DNA of 64,000 nucleotides from the NCBI GenBank assembly GCA_965199825.1, contig OZ241329.1, positions 384,001-448,000 of the forward strand. Direction: 5' to 3'. Below the pieces are notes generated by a model, which was not told where the DNA came from, did not search any database, and worked only from the letters and a program-made list of their open reading frames with translations. Within the stretch, counting starts at the first letter, position 1, and every line of letters starts with the position of its first letter. Of this stretch, positions 39,592 to 49,075 are shown piece by piece. Source of the DNA: Bdellovibrionales bacterium. GTDB lineage: Bacteria > Bdellovibrionota > Bdellovibrionia > Bdellovibrionales > UBA1609. Position numbers and translations under genes: made by a program.

Positions 39592-39851
39592 GGGAATCAA
39601 ACTTGAACTTACCCAATTAATTTCCAAACGAACGATCTCAGTGCAAACAATCACATAATCTTCGTATTCCTTCGTTCACGATACAAACTAATTTTAATTA
39701 TCCCTGTCTCGAATTGTTGCGGCCAAATGTGGTTCCTTCGTGATTCACACTCCCAAAAAACGCCCGCCATCACTTAGCGATCAAACAAAAAATCCACACA
39801 AAGATTTCAATCTTAAACCAAGACCAACCGCTCAACCAATTCTAACAAGCA

Positions 39852-39866
39852 GAATGACATTGCCCC
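39852..39866. repeat. Fifth copy of the AATGACATTGCCCC motif, downstream of the HUH gene
   Basis: GAATGACATTGCCCC, same orientation as the four upstream copies. Confidence 0.85.
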
Positions 39867-39886
39867 ATCCAAGCACTCAACCCCCG

Positions 39887-40429
39887 TCACTTCACAATAT
39901 GCAAAGTCCCTACGCGGGCGGCTTCTTTGTCCATCACAAAAAAGTAAAAAGTTCCCCGCAGGATTTTGAGATGGGAGTTGTCTGCGGTGTTGATGAGTTC
40001 GCCGGTTTTTGAGAGGACGTTTCCGAAATAACTGCTCAAGTTTAATAATTTTCCGGTTGTTTCACTGTAAAAATAGGCGGCGGTGGTGGGAAGGGATTCA
40101 TGGGCCAGGACAGGATGAAGTTCAAATCGCATCGAGAATGTGCCGCGACGATTGGGGACAACGATTTCTTCTAACGAGATCACCGCTCCTGTGCCGTCAC
40201 TATTGAGTTCGAGTTTTGGTGAGGACAGGATGCCTTCGGTTTTTTCGACAAGTTCAAAGGTAAAAGGTAAAGGCCTGCGCACAAAAGAATGATCGGGGTC
40301 GAAATCTTCGGACTTTACTTTTTTGTAGAGGGTTTGGACTTCTTCAACCAAGACCGCGGGAATTTTTACGTCTTTTTCAAATTTTAAATTTTCGGCAAAG
40401 GCCATGCAGCAAAAAATAAGTGCGAGCAT
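39887..40429 (-). CDS. Hypothetical exported protein
   Basis: Short signal-like N-terminus; start overlaps the stop of the upstream TPR gene. Confidence 0.65.
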   Translation of the reverse strand: MLALIFCCMAFAENLKFEKDVKIPAVLVEEVQTLYKKVKSEDFDPDHSFVRRPLPFTFELVEKTEGILSSPKLELNSDGTGAVISLEEIVVPNRRGTFSMRFELHPVLAHESLPTTAAYFYSETTGKLLNLSSYFGNVLSKTGELINTADNSHLKILRGTFYFFVMDKEAARVGTLHIVK

Positions 40430-42192
40430 TATTTTACGACCTTTAACCCGAGGCTCTCAGCCTTGTGGACCAATTTTCTTAATGGGCGGTAGTCAGGAGA
40501 AATGGTGAGGCCTTTTGCGATCAATGCCGCCACATCCGAGTTTTCGCCCGTGTCCATATGATTTTGGGCAAGCCCTGCGATGGCGGTCAGGTGCTCGGGG
40601 TATGTGGCCAAAATACGCGACCAATTTTTTGTAGCACAGGCATAATCTTTTTGTTTTTCGCAAAACTGCGCCTGCAGGATGAGGGGCAGTTGATACTCAT
40701 TGTGACTGTCGTACTCAATCGATTTACCCAGAGCGACGCTCGCCTGATCGTCAAGATTTGAAGAGCGCAAAATAAAACTGTAGAGCGCCTGGACCAGCGC
40801 ATCTTTTGGTGATTGTTGAACTGCGGTTTCCATCGTTTGTTTGGCGTCCATAGCGCGATCACTGCGGTACAAACAATAGGCATACAAACTTGTGCCTAAA
40901 ACATTTTGGGCCATCGAGGTGTGAACGCTATCGCACCAGCGCAAATAATTTGTCCATGTGAGGCGGCGTGAAAAAATAAATAAATTATGCCGATGATCTT
41001 CGGTCAGTTTGGGATCGGAATCTAACAGCTGCATCACCGTGCGCAGAGTTTTTTCTGAATTTTTCTTGAGCGAGTAGGCGTAAGCCAATGAGAGGCGCGC
41101 CTCTTGCGAATAATCGGTTGCGGTTTTTAAAAAATCAGAAAGCTCGCTGATCGCCTCATCAATCATTTCTTCTTTGCCCGAGTTGAGCAAGGTGTCGGCT
41201 AACAACATAAAGGCTTCGGGCTCGGTGTCTGTTTTGTTGACCACCGATTCAAATGTGTTTTTGGCATTGGTGTAATCTTGCCTGAGCAAAGCTAAAGAGC
41301 CTTTGTTGATCAGGGCAGGATAAAAATACGGATTTGAATCAAGAGCTTTGTCAAAAGCCTCGCGCGCTTGCTCGTAATGACCGTTGATCATTTCGGCCAA
41401 ACCAATTCCTGTTTGGACTTGGGCGAGTGAATTGGGGTCGGCACTGAGTGCTTCTTGCAAGAGCTGTTGACCCTGCACCGTTTGATTTTCGAGTTGGATC
41501 AACAAGGGGCCAAGATAGAGGGCCACTTTTTTGGTGTCATGAAATTTTCCTGAATATCTTGAGAAGCGATCGAGCGCTTGGGCGTAGTCGCCTTCGTCCA
41601 TAGCGTACATGCCCTTGTCGTAATCATCTTGGGCCACCGACTCAACCATTTTTGGTTTACGATAAAAATATTGATAGCCCAAAATTCCAAATCCGCATGC
41701 GGCCAAAAAGAAAAGTAAAGCCGGAATAAAACGGGTTTTGCTTTGCACATCCTTTGCAAACTGCGCCGAATTTTTTGAGCCATAAACGGTCACACCGGTT
41801 GAAGGCGAAGCATTCACGCTTTGTTTTGATTTTGTTTCGACCACCGAATCATAAACAATTTCTCTTGAGGCATTTTCTGCAAAAGCCATTTCGTCGGTAA
41901 ATTCGTCGGCGTATTCGATCTCTACCGGAACGGTTGCGGTTAAACCTCGATTTGTAAATCCATCGTTGATGCTTGATGTGTCTTCGGAAGTGCTAAAACC
42001 TTTTTTGCGCATCTCTTCGATGGCATCGCGAAATTCATCGCACTCTTGAAAGCTCACCCATCGCTTGAGTGGGCGACACACTTCATCAAGCAGATAGAGT
42101 TCGCGCGAGTGGATGAGTGCCACAACTTCAGAAAATGCAAAAGGACCCAATATTCGGTTAGAACTTTTAACGAGCCAAAGTTGATCTGCCAT
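40429..42192 (-). CDS. Membrane-anchored TPR protein with N-terminal GYF-like domain
   Basis: WLVKSSNRILGPF, one TM helix, then many TPRs. Confidence 0.8.
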   Translation of the reverse strand: MADQLWLVKSSNRILGPFAFSEVVALIHSRELYLLDEVCRPLKRWVSFQECDEFRDAIEEMRKKGFSTSEDTSSINDGFTNRGLTATVPVEIEYADEFTDEMAFAENASREIVYDSVVETKSKQSVNASPSTGVTVYGSKNSAQFAKDVQSKTRFIPALLFFLAACGFGILGYQYFYRKPKMVESVAQDDYDKGMYAMDEGDYAQALDRFSRYSGKFHDTKKVALYLGPLLIQLENQTVQGQQLLQEALSADPNSLAQVQTGIGLAEMINGHYEQAREAFDKALDSNPYFYPALINKGSLALLRQDYTNAKNTFESVVNKTDTEPEAFMLLADTLLNSGKEEMIDEAISELSDFLKTATDYSQEARLSLAYAYSLKKNSEKTLRTVMQLLDSDPKLTEDHRHNLFIFSRRLTWTNYLRWCDSVHTSMAQNVLGTSLYAYCLYRSDRAMDAKQTMETAVQQSPKDALVQALYSFILRSSNLDDQASVALGKSIEYDSHNEYQLPLILQAQFCEKQKDYACATKNWSRILATYPEHLTAIAGLAQNHMDTGENSDVAALIAKGLTISPDYRPLRKLVHKAESLGLKVVK

Positions 42193-42201
42193 ACGTTATT
42201 T

Positions 42202-43683
42202 TTAGTGGAGAAAGTGCCTTTGTCCAGTAATCACCACACTCACGCCACGCTGTTCAGCCATTGCACGAACCGAATCATCCTTAATGCTGCCTCCGGGTTG
42301 AATCACCCAGCGAATGCCGGCATCGGCAATTTTTTCGATCGAATCACTGAACGGAAAAAATGCATCGCTCGCCAGGACCGGGGTCGAGGCTTCGGGATGA
42401 AATTTTTTGTATCTCAAAATCGCTTGCTCAACCGCATCAACCCGATTGACCTGACCCATTCCTAATCCAAGAGTTTGGAGCTCACTGGTGATCGCGATCG
42501 CATTGCTTTTCAAATGAGCGCAAATGCTCCAGGCAAATAAAAGCTCTTTGGTCATTTGAGCCGATGGTGTCTCGCCCCAATATTGCCAATCGCCGTGATG
42601 AACTCGATCTGAGTTTTGGATCACCATTCCACCACTGATCGATTTGATCCGCCACTCGTCAAAGGGATTGGCCATTTGAGCCCATTTTAAGATGCGCAGA
42701 TTTTTTTTGGTTCTAAATAGATCAAGTGCATCTTGATCAAAATCTGGAGCGATCACACATTCTAAAAATATTTCTGAAAGAAGTTTTGCGGTTTTCAAAT
42801 CCACCTTTTGCGATAAAGCAACGATCCCTCCAAACACGCTCACCGGATCGGCGGCTAATGCTTTTTTGCACGCTTCAAATAAATTCTCACCCGCTGCAGC
42901 CCCGCACGGAGAATTATGTTTGACCGCCACACATCCAAAAGGATTTTTTAAATCCCGCAAGGCTCTGGTGGAGGAATCAAGGTCGAGCAAATTATTATAA
43001 GAGAGTTCTTTTCCTTGCAGGATTTGGGCTTGATGCAAACCAAAATCGACACCTGTTTTTTTATACCACACACCTTTTTGGTGAGGATTTTCGCCGTAGC
43101 GCAGGGTTAAAACTTTTTCTGCGCCATAAACAAAGGGTGTTTGGGGTTCAGAACTTAAGCTTTCGGCAATAAGAGCATCGTAACTTGATGTGAGTCGAAA
43201 CACTTTGGCAGCAAGTTCCTTAGGAGTGAGCTGGTCAACTTTGTCGTAATCTTTGGGGTCACACAGCACTGTTACCCGATTAAAATTTTTTGCCGCCGCC
43301 CTTAACATCGATGGGCCACCCACATCGATAAATTCGATCAGCTCATCGCCGATTTTGCCCGAGCGCAAGGCCGATTCAAAAGGATACAAATTGACCACCA
43401 CAAGATCAAAGGCCTCGATGCCGGCATCGCTCAATACCGAATCATCAATCCCCGCTCGAGCTAGCAAACCCATATGAACAAGTGGGTGAAGAGTTTTAAC
43501 CCGACCCTCCATCACTTCCTGAAATCCGGTTTGTTCAGAGACGTCGACCACCTCAAAACCATTTTGTCTTAAATATTTTGCGGTTCCGCCGGTCGAGACA
43601 ATGCGTAAGCCCTCAAAGGGCTTTAAAAATTCGAGCAGTCCCGATTTATCAGAACAGCTCACCAAAGCATTTTTGAATTTCAT
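42202..43683 (-). CDS. purH: Bifunctional AICAR transformylase / IMP cyclohydrolase
   Basis: STGGTA, GRVKTLHP, LRYGENPHQ, KELSYNN, ASDAFFPF, IQPGGS, RHFLH. Confidence 0.97.
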   Translation of the reverse strand: MKFKNALVSCSDKSGLLEFLKPFEGLRIVSTGGTAKYLRQNGFEVVDVSEQTGFQEVMEGRVKTLHPLVHMGLLARAGIDDSVLSDAGIEAFDLVVVNLYPFESALRSGKIGDELIEFIDVGGPSMLRAAAKNFNRVTVLCDPKDYDKVDQLTPKELAAKVFRLTSSYDALIAESLSSEPQTPFVYGAEKVLTLRYGENPHQKGVWYKKTGVDFGLHQAQILQGKELSYNNLLDLDSSTRALRDLKNPFGCVAVKHNSPCGAAAGENLFEACKKALAADPVSVFGGIVALSQKVDLKTAKLLSEIFLECVIAPDFDQDALDLFRTKKNLRILKWAQMANPFDEWRIKSISGGMVIQNSDRVHHGDWQYWGETPSAQMTKELLFAWSICAHLKSNAIAITSELQTLGLGMGQVNRVDAVEQAILRYKKFHPEASTPVLASDAFFPFSDSIEKIADAGIRWVIQPGGSIKDDSVRAMAEQRGVSVVITGQRHFLH

Positions 43684-45030
43684 TTAGAATGACAACCTCG
43701 TCGCAAGGATTTTTAAATCATCATTGGTGATGAAAAGTCCTGCGCCGACGAACGTACTAAATTGATGATCTTTGTTCAACAGGTTGTCCGCACCTGCTGC
43801 AACGTAGAGACCTTTAAAGAAATTATATTTTGCGAACGTACGAATATCTAAATTGGAAAAATCAAAGGCCTCAACCGACAACCTTAAATGGCGATCAAAT
43901 AAAAAGTAATCGATCCCAAAACCACCGGTGCTCTCGATCAAGCCGCCTTTAAGAGTAAAATCATAAAAGTTTTTGGCAAACAATCCGGTAAATTTCAGTT
44001 TGTTTTTATTCGTCACCGATTGTGAAACGGTTGTGTCAGGCCCACCATTCACATTGGTGGTGGATGAAGACTGTGTGGTGTATCCGCGCGCATCGTCGAT
44101 CAATTGAACTTCGTAATAGCGATCAAGCCCGGGTTGGAGGCGAAATGCCAAATAACTTTTTGCACCGGGGGCTTGAGCTAAATACTCAGAATGAAAATCA
44201 ATACTGGTTTCCCAACGCGAAATTCCGCCAAGGGCTTGATTGACCGTACTGATTGCGGTGTTGATCTCATCCACAGTTTGTTCGTCATTGATCAACTTGC
44301 CGATTGTTCCTTGACCACTATTAATTTTGCCCGATATCTCATCCACATTTTTAAGCGTGGCCTGTAAGTGCTTTAAGCTTTCGGGTGTAATGTAATTGCT
44401 TAAATTGTCGGTGATGGTACGGATCTGATCAACAATTTGATTTACCTTTTCGCGATTCTGGCCAGTGACGTTCGCAAGATCTTTACTCACTTTTTCGATA
44501 TGTAAAATAATTCGACCAATCGGAGTAGAATCATCACCCGAACCGGTTGCCGCTTTGTTAAGATTATCAGTCAAGGAATGAAGGTTTTTGGCAACCCGAC
44601 CAATTTCCTTCATCATGTCATCAAGCCCGCCGCCTTCGGTTGAAATTTGCAAAGGTGCATCGGCATTCAAGGCGGGATCACCGGGTTTACCAGGAATCAA
44701 CTCAACGTGTTTATCTCCCAATATTCCATCGGTGCGCAGCTCAACACGTGAAGATGTGGTGAGTGGGACGTCTTTATCGAGAGCTAACGTAATTTTGGCT
44801 TTGCCATCTTGCAGTTCGATGTTGTCGATGGTTCCGACTTTGATGCCGGCCATTTTAACCGCACTATTTTTAACAAGCCCGCCAGCATTGTCGATCACAA
44901 AACTTTGTTTACGACCGCTTGCAAATATTCCAGGCCCACGAGCCACTTTAAATGACATGGCGCCAATCAAACTTGCCACAGCCAAAATCATCAATCCAAC
45001 TTTAATTTCTGCAGACGCTAAGAAGCTCAT
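43684..45030 (-). CDS. mlaD: Long MlaD/MCE protein with helical stalk and beta-rich C-terminal domain
   Basis: N-terminal TM, MCE motifs GLVKNSAVKMAGIKVG and GILGDKHVEL, GTIGKLIND, C-terminal amphipathic strands. Confidence 0.85.
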   Translation of the reverse strand: MSFLASAEIKVGLMILAVASLIGAMSFKVARGPGIFASGRKQSFVIDNAGGLVKNSAVKMAGIKVGTIDNIELQDGKAKITLALDKDVPLTTSSRVELRTDGILGDKHVELIPGKPGDPALNADAPLQISTEGGGLDDMMKEIGRVAKNLHSLTDNLNKAATGSGDDSTPIGRIILHIEKVSKDLANVTGQNREKVNQIVDQIRTITDNLSNYITPESLKHLQATLKNVDEISGKINSGQGTIGKLINDEQTVDEINTAISTVNQALGGISRWETSIDFHSEYLAQAPGAKSYLAFRLQPGLDRYYEVQLIDDARGYTTQSSSTTNVNGGPDTTVSQSVTNKNKLKFTGLFAKNFYDFTLKGGLIESTGGFGIDYFLFDRHLRLSVEAFDFSNLDIRTFAKYNFFKGLYVAAGADNLLNKDHQFSTFVGAGLFITNDDLKILATRLSF

Positions 45031-45785
45031 TCTTTACGAAATCCTTTGGCCAAAAACTTTTGCACCAATTCGATATCTGAATTGCGAAAATCATCGGGTG
45101 TACCCGAAAGAAGCACATGCCCCTTGTCGAGCATCACAATGTAATCGGCCATTCGAAAGGCAGAAATTAAATCATGGGAAACTATCACGCTCGTTGCTCC
45201 TTGAATTCTTTTATGAGTTTCCACGATTAGATCATCCACCATTTCGGTTAAAATGGGATCAAGACCGGTTGTTGGCTCATCGTAGAGTAAAATTTCTGGA
45301 TCTAAGGCCAGCGCGCGTGCAAGCCCCACACGCTTGCGCATACCACCGCTCAATTCACCAGGAAGCTTATGAAAATGTTTTTCGTCAAGACCGCTACTCG
45401 CCAATTTTTTTTGGGCGATATCTAAAACCTCAGCTGGTTTTAATTCTCTACGATGCTCGGCAATAGGAAAACAAACATTTTCGATCGCGGTCATATCATC
45501 AAACAACGCCGCATACTGAAAGAGCACCCCAAGCTGACAACGAAATTGAATCAACTGGCGCCGATTCATCTTCCACAAGTCTCGGCCTAAGACCACAATC
45601 TCTCCGGAAGTTGGTTTTTCGAGACCCAAAATATTTTTGAGTAAGACACTCTTGCCGGTACCGCTGTAACCGATAATGACTGTGATTTGACCTTTGGGAA
45701 TTTGTAAATCGATTCCGTTTAGAATAAATTCTTTGCCATCAAAAGACTTTTTTAAATTTTTGAGTTCAATGGCTGACTCTTTCAA
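45027..45785 (-). CDS. mlaF: MlaF-type ABC ATPase
   Basis: GYSGTGKS, FQYAALFD, LSGGMRKRVGLARA, YDEPTTGLDP. Confidence 0.92.
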   Translation of the reverse strand: MKESAIELKNLKKSFDGKEFILNGIDLQIPKGQITVIIGYSGTGKSVLLKNILGLEKPTSGEIVVLGRDLWKMNRRQLIQFRCQLGVLFQYAALFDDMTAIENVCFPIAEHRRELKPAEVLDIAQKKLASSGLDEKHFHKLPGELSGGMRKRVGLARALALDPEILLYDEPTTGLDPILTEMVDDLIVETHKRIQGATSVIVSHDLISAFRMADYIVMLDKGHVLLSGTPDDFRNSDIELVQKFLAKGFRKE

Positions 45786-46603
45786 ACTTTACCTGTCACG
45801 ATATAAAAAAGTCGGATCATGTTGGTCAAAAAATAATTGAGCACGATGATCAAAACCATGCTGTTGACCACACCCTCGTTGGTGGCTTCGCCCACACCCT
45901 TTGCCCCACCACGACAATAAAATCCGCGAGCGGTACAAATAGACGAAAAGGCCAAGCCAAAAATGGCGGCTTTAAATAAGCCCTCAAAAATATCGCTCGG
46001 ATCGCCCCACTGTCGGATTTTATCCCAAAAAACCGCATCGTCTAAGCCGAGCACTTTCACACACAAGAGGTAAGACCCCATGATCGCCACATAATCGAAT
46101 ACGCCACATAACAAAGGCGCGCTAATCAGTGAGGCTAGAATTCTTGGAGCCACCAGATATTGGCGCGAGTCGACGCCCATCACCTCGAGCGCATCGATCT
46201 GCTCTGACACTCTCATTGTTCCTAAACGTGCCGCCATTGCGCCGCCCGCCCGTGCCGCAACAATCAACCCCGTCAAAACCGGACCCAACTCTTTAGTGAC
46301 GCCGAGAGTGACTGTGGGTCCCACAAGATTTGTGGCGTTGACCAAACTAAAACCTAAAAAAATCTGATACGAAAGAGCAAGCCCTGTAAACAAACCGGTT
46401 AATGCAATGATGATCAACGAGCGATTGCCCACAAACTCAATATGTTTAACAAGCTCGTCGAAGCGGTAGGGTTTGGTAAAAATAAGTTTGGAACTTTGCA
46501 CAAAGAAAATTGCGGTGCGACCAGAACTAAACGCCAGTGTTGAAATATGGCGCCAAATATATAAACCCAAATTGTCGATGTAGCCCGCAAGAGTTTCAAT
46601 CAT
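45782..46603 (-). CDS. mlaE: MlaE-type ABC permease
   Basis: ELGPVLTGL..AARAG, LGTMRVSEQIDAL, GGAKGVGEAT. Confidence 0.93.
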   Translation of the reverse strand: MIETLAGYIDNLGLYIWRHISTLAFSSGRTAIFFVQSSKLIFTKPYRFDELVKHIEFVGNRSLIIIALTGLFTGLALSYQIFLGFSLVNATNLVGPTVTLGVTKELGPVLTGLIVAARAGGAMAARLGTMRVSEQIDALEVMGVDSRQYLVAPRILASLISAPLLCGVFDYVAIMGSYLLCVKVLGLDDAVFWDKIRQWGDPSDIFEGLFKAAIFGLAFSSICTARGFYCRGGAKGVGEATNEGVVNSMVLIIVLNYFLTNMIRLFYIVTGKV

Positions 46604-47666
46604 GAATCAAAATCCGTGGCACTCGTGAGCTAATACCCGTAAAGATTTCGTAGGAAATTGTGTTCGCCACATCGGCTAGTTCTATTGCCAAAATTTGTTT
46701 TTGATCTTGGGTACCAATGACCACGACCTCGTCTCCCACTTGAGCTTTTGGAGCCGCATCGGTTAAATCCAGCATGGTATAGTCCATACAGACAGTGCCG
46801 GCCACGGGAGCGAAATTTCCATTGATTAACATTCTTCCTTTATTGCTCAAACCTCTACGGTAACCATCTGCATAGCCAAGGCTCACAACCCCGACCACAG
46901 AGGGCTTTTTGGCCACAAAGTTTGCACCGTAACTCACGTAATCGTGGGGTTGAATATGTCTGACTCTCACAAGCTCCGATTTTAGCGTCATCACCGGTCG
47001 AAATGAAAGCTCTTGTGACAAACCGCCGTAGAGAGCAATACCAGGACGAAATCCCATGGTCATTGGGGCCTGCGAAATTGTTTTGGTGCTGCTATAAATA
47101 TGAAGGCCCTTTGTGCCGAGCGCATCGACGATCTGATCAAACCGCTCAAGTTGCAATTGATAGGCAGAATGATTGGGGCTAACACCAAAGTGGGTCGAGA
47201 GACCTTTGAGCTCGAGATATTTCGAATTCGCTAAAATTTTTTTTGCCGCATCAAGATCTTTAAGATCCAGACCCATCCGGTTCATACCTGTATTGAACTT
47301 AAGATGGATATCCAACTTTTTTTGTTGATCCATTAACAGCTCGAGTTGCTCAATCGAATTGACCACAGGGGTGATGTGATCATCATAAAACACATCCACA
47401 CCTTTTTTATCAAAAGCCCCAAACATCAAAATATTGAGGTCTTTAAATTTTTTCCTGAGTTCAATTGCTTCTTCGAGTGTTGCGACACCAACATTCTTCA
47501 CCTGATTGTCGACAAGAATCTGAGTCACCATCAAAGCGGAATGTCCGTAAGCATTCGCTTTGACCATGGGGCAAAAAAAATTATTTGCCGCCAAGAGTTT
47601 AAGGCGCTCAAGATTTGCTACAAGTGCCGATCGATCAATAAAGGCCGCAGTGTTGCGGTAGCTCAA
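46596..47666 (-). CDS. alr: Alanine racemase
   Basis: PLP lysine motif VKANAYGH, NTGMNRMG, VSYG, GYADG, VCMD, TISYE. Probable TTG start overlaps the upstream stop. Confidence 0.93.
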   Translation of the reverse strand: MSYRNTAAFIDRSALVANLERLKLLAANNFFCPMVKANAYGHSALMVTQILVDNQVKNVGVATLEEAIELRKKFKDLNILMFGAFDKKGVDVFYDDHITPVVNSIEQLELLMDQQKKLDIHLKFNTGMNRMGLDLKDLDAAKKILANSKYLELKGLSTHFGVSPNHSAYQLQLERFDQIVDALGTKGLHIYSSTKTISQAPMTMGFRPGIALYGGLSQELSFRPVMTLKSELVRVRHIQPHDYVSYGANFVAKKPSVVGVVSLGYADGYRRGLSNKGRMLINGNFAPVAGTVCMDYTMLDLTDAAPKAQVGDEVVVIGTQDQKQILAIELADVANTISYEIFTGISSRVPRILIHD

Positions 47667-49075
47667 CGTTTTTCCTTTAACCACTCGGGCTCCGGCACAA
47701 TAAAATCGGAAATAAAACCATCGGGCACCGAGGCCATACAAACTCGATTTTTATATTCCTTGGTCAATTCAAAAAGTGCAGAGTCCGAAGAAGATAAAAG
47801 CTCATCGGCATCACGACACAACGAGGGATACTCGCTGACCCCTGCACTGACTGTGATATTGGCAACATTCTTAAATAATTTTGAAAAATCGGCAGACTCA
47901 ACAATCCTGCGCAATCGTTCGGCCTTGATCGCAGCACCTTGAGTGGGGGTGTGGGGCAAGAGTAAACCAAATTCATCTACAGCGGTGCGACCCACAATAT
48001 CATTGACCCGCGAATGACGCCTAAAAATTTTAGCGAGCATTTTTAAAATTAAATCAGACTCATCGCTTCCCCTTGGCAAATCGTCGACTTTGAGTCGCAC
48101 AAGCGATACAGGCAATTGAACACGTCGAGCTCTCGCAATTTCTTGTTGCACAAAATCGATAAAGCTTTGGCGGTGATACACTTCCGTAGTGATATCGCGA
48201 GTGGAATACAAATGGATACGGCGCCGAAGCTCTAAGAGCTCCAAGCGATCACGAGCCTGTTGCAAAACCAATTTGATATCGCCAGACAAAACAATTTGTG
48301 AGTCACTAAAAAAAACAAAAAGGCCAACGAGGCCTTCACTTCCTTCGATCAGTTCACTTACAAAAAAAGATTTTCGAAAAGCCTGCTCGGCCATTTGAAC
48401 AAATTCTGGAATCCGATCCGGTTGACGCAAATCTTCAGCCTGAAAGGATCCCGAGAGTTCATTTAAGGAAAGGCCTACGCCGTAGTAATTTTCATCATCA
48501 AGACCACCGGCGTAAACAAGGGAGCGCCGATTTACAAAATATTTAAAAAATACAATTTGATCATCGGGCCGCTCAAGCCTTAATCGCTTGAGTGTGACTT
48601 CCACCACTTGCTCGAGCGAATAGGTTTGGAGCAGTTCTTGATAATAACTTTCTGTGGTCTGGGGTAAAAGATTTTGATCTTGGTAGCGAAAAAAATCTCG
48701 CTCGGTGGCGCGGTCCAAGCATCTTACCAACTGCAATGGCGTGACCAGCGGATAAGGCAAGCAATCATACGCCACACCTTCAAAACGCTGAAAGGCCTCT
48801 TTCAGATCTTGCTGCGGAGTTAAAATGACCAAGTGGGTGTGAGGCAAGCGCTCATGCATTTGATGAATCACTTTTTCGATATCTGGCCGATCATGGTCCC
48901 AGTAACTCAAACACATTTTTGGAGCATGCTCAAAAATATCATGAAGCTCTGACCATGGCTTTATAGCAACGTTGTATTGCACATGTCTTGAGGCATCAGC
49001 CAGAGATTTGGCATCAAACCCATCGGACTGCATGATGACCACTTGAAATGCTTTTCTAAGGCGTTCGACTTTCAA
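47663..49075 (-). CDS. cdgA: Degenerate GGDEF-domain protein with receiver-like N-terminus (CdgA-like c-di-GMP receptor)
   Basis: I-site RVND sits five residues before the active-site position, which reads AVDEF; ITVSAGV present. The symbol is by analogy to Bdellovibrio CdgA. Confidence 0.7.
   Translation of the reverse strand: MKVERLRKAFQVVIMQSDGFDAKSLADASRHVQYNVAIKPWSELHDIFEHAPKMCLSYWDHDRPDIEKVIHQMHERLPHTHLVILTPQQDLKEAFQRFEGVAYDCLPYPLVTPLQLVRCLDRATERDFFRYQDQNLLPQTTESYYQELLQTYSLEQVVEVTLKRLRLERPDDQIVFFKYFVNRRSLVYAGGLDDENYYGVGLSLNELSGSFQAEDLRQPDRIPEFVQMAEQAFRKSFFVSELIEGSEGLVGLFVFFSDSQIVLSGDIKLVLQQARDRLELLELRRRIHLYSTRDITTEVYHRQSFIDFVQQEIARARRVQLPVSLVRLKVDDLPRGSDESDLILKMLAKIFRRHSRVNDIVGRTAVDEFGLLLPHTPTQGAAIKAERLRRIVESADFSKLFKNVANITVSAGVSEYPSLCRDADELLSSSDSALFELTKEYKNRVCMASVPDGFISDFIVPEPEWLKEKR

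Noticed and set aside
44588..45466. 292-aa plus-strand ORF and the many other 60-160 aa antisense ORFs
   Set aside because: They are shadow frames opposite well-supported genes, with no recognisable motifs.
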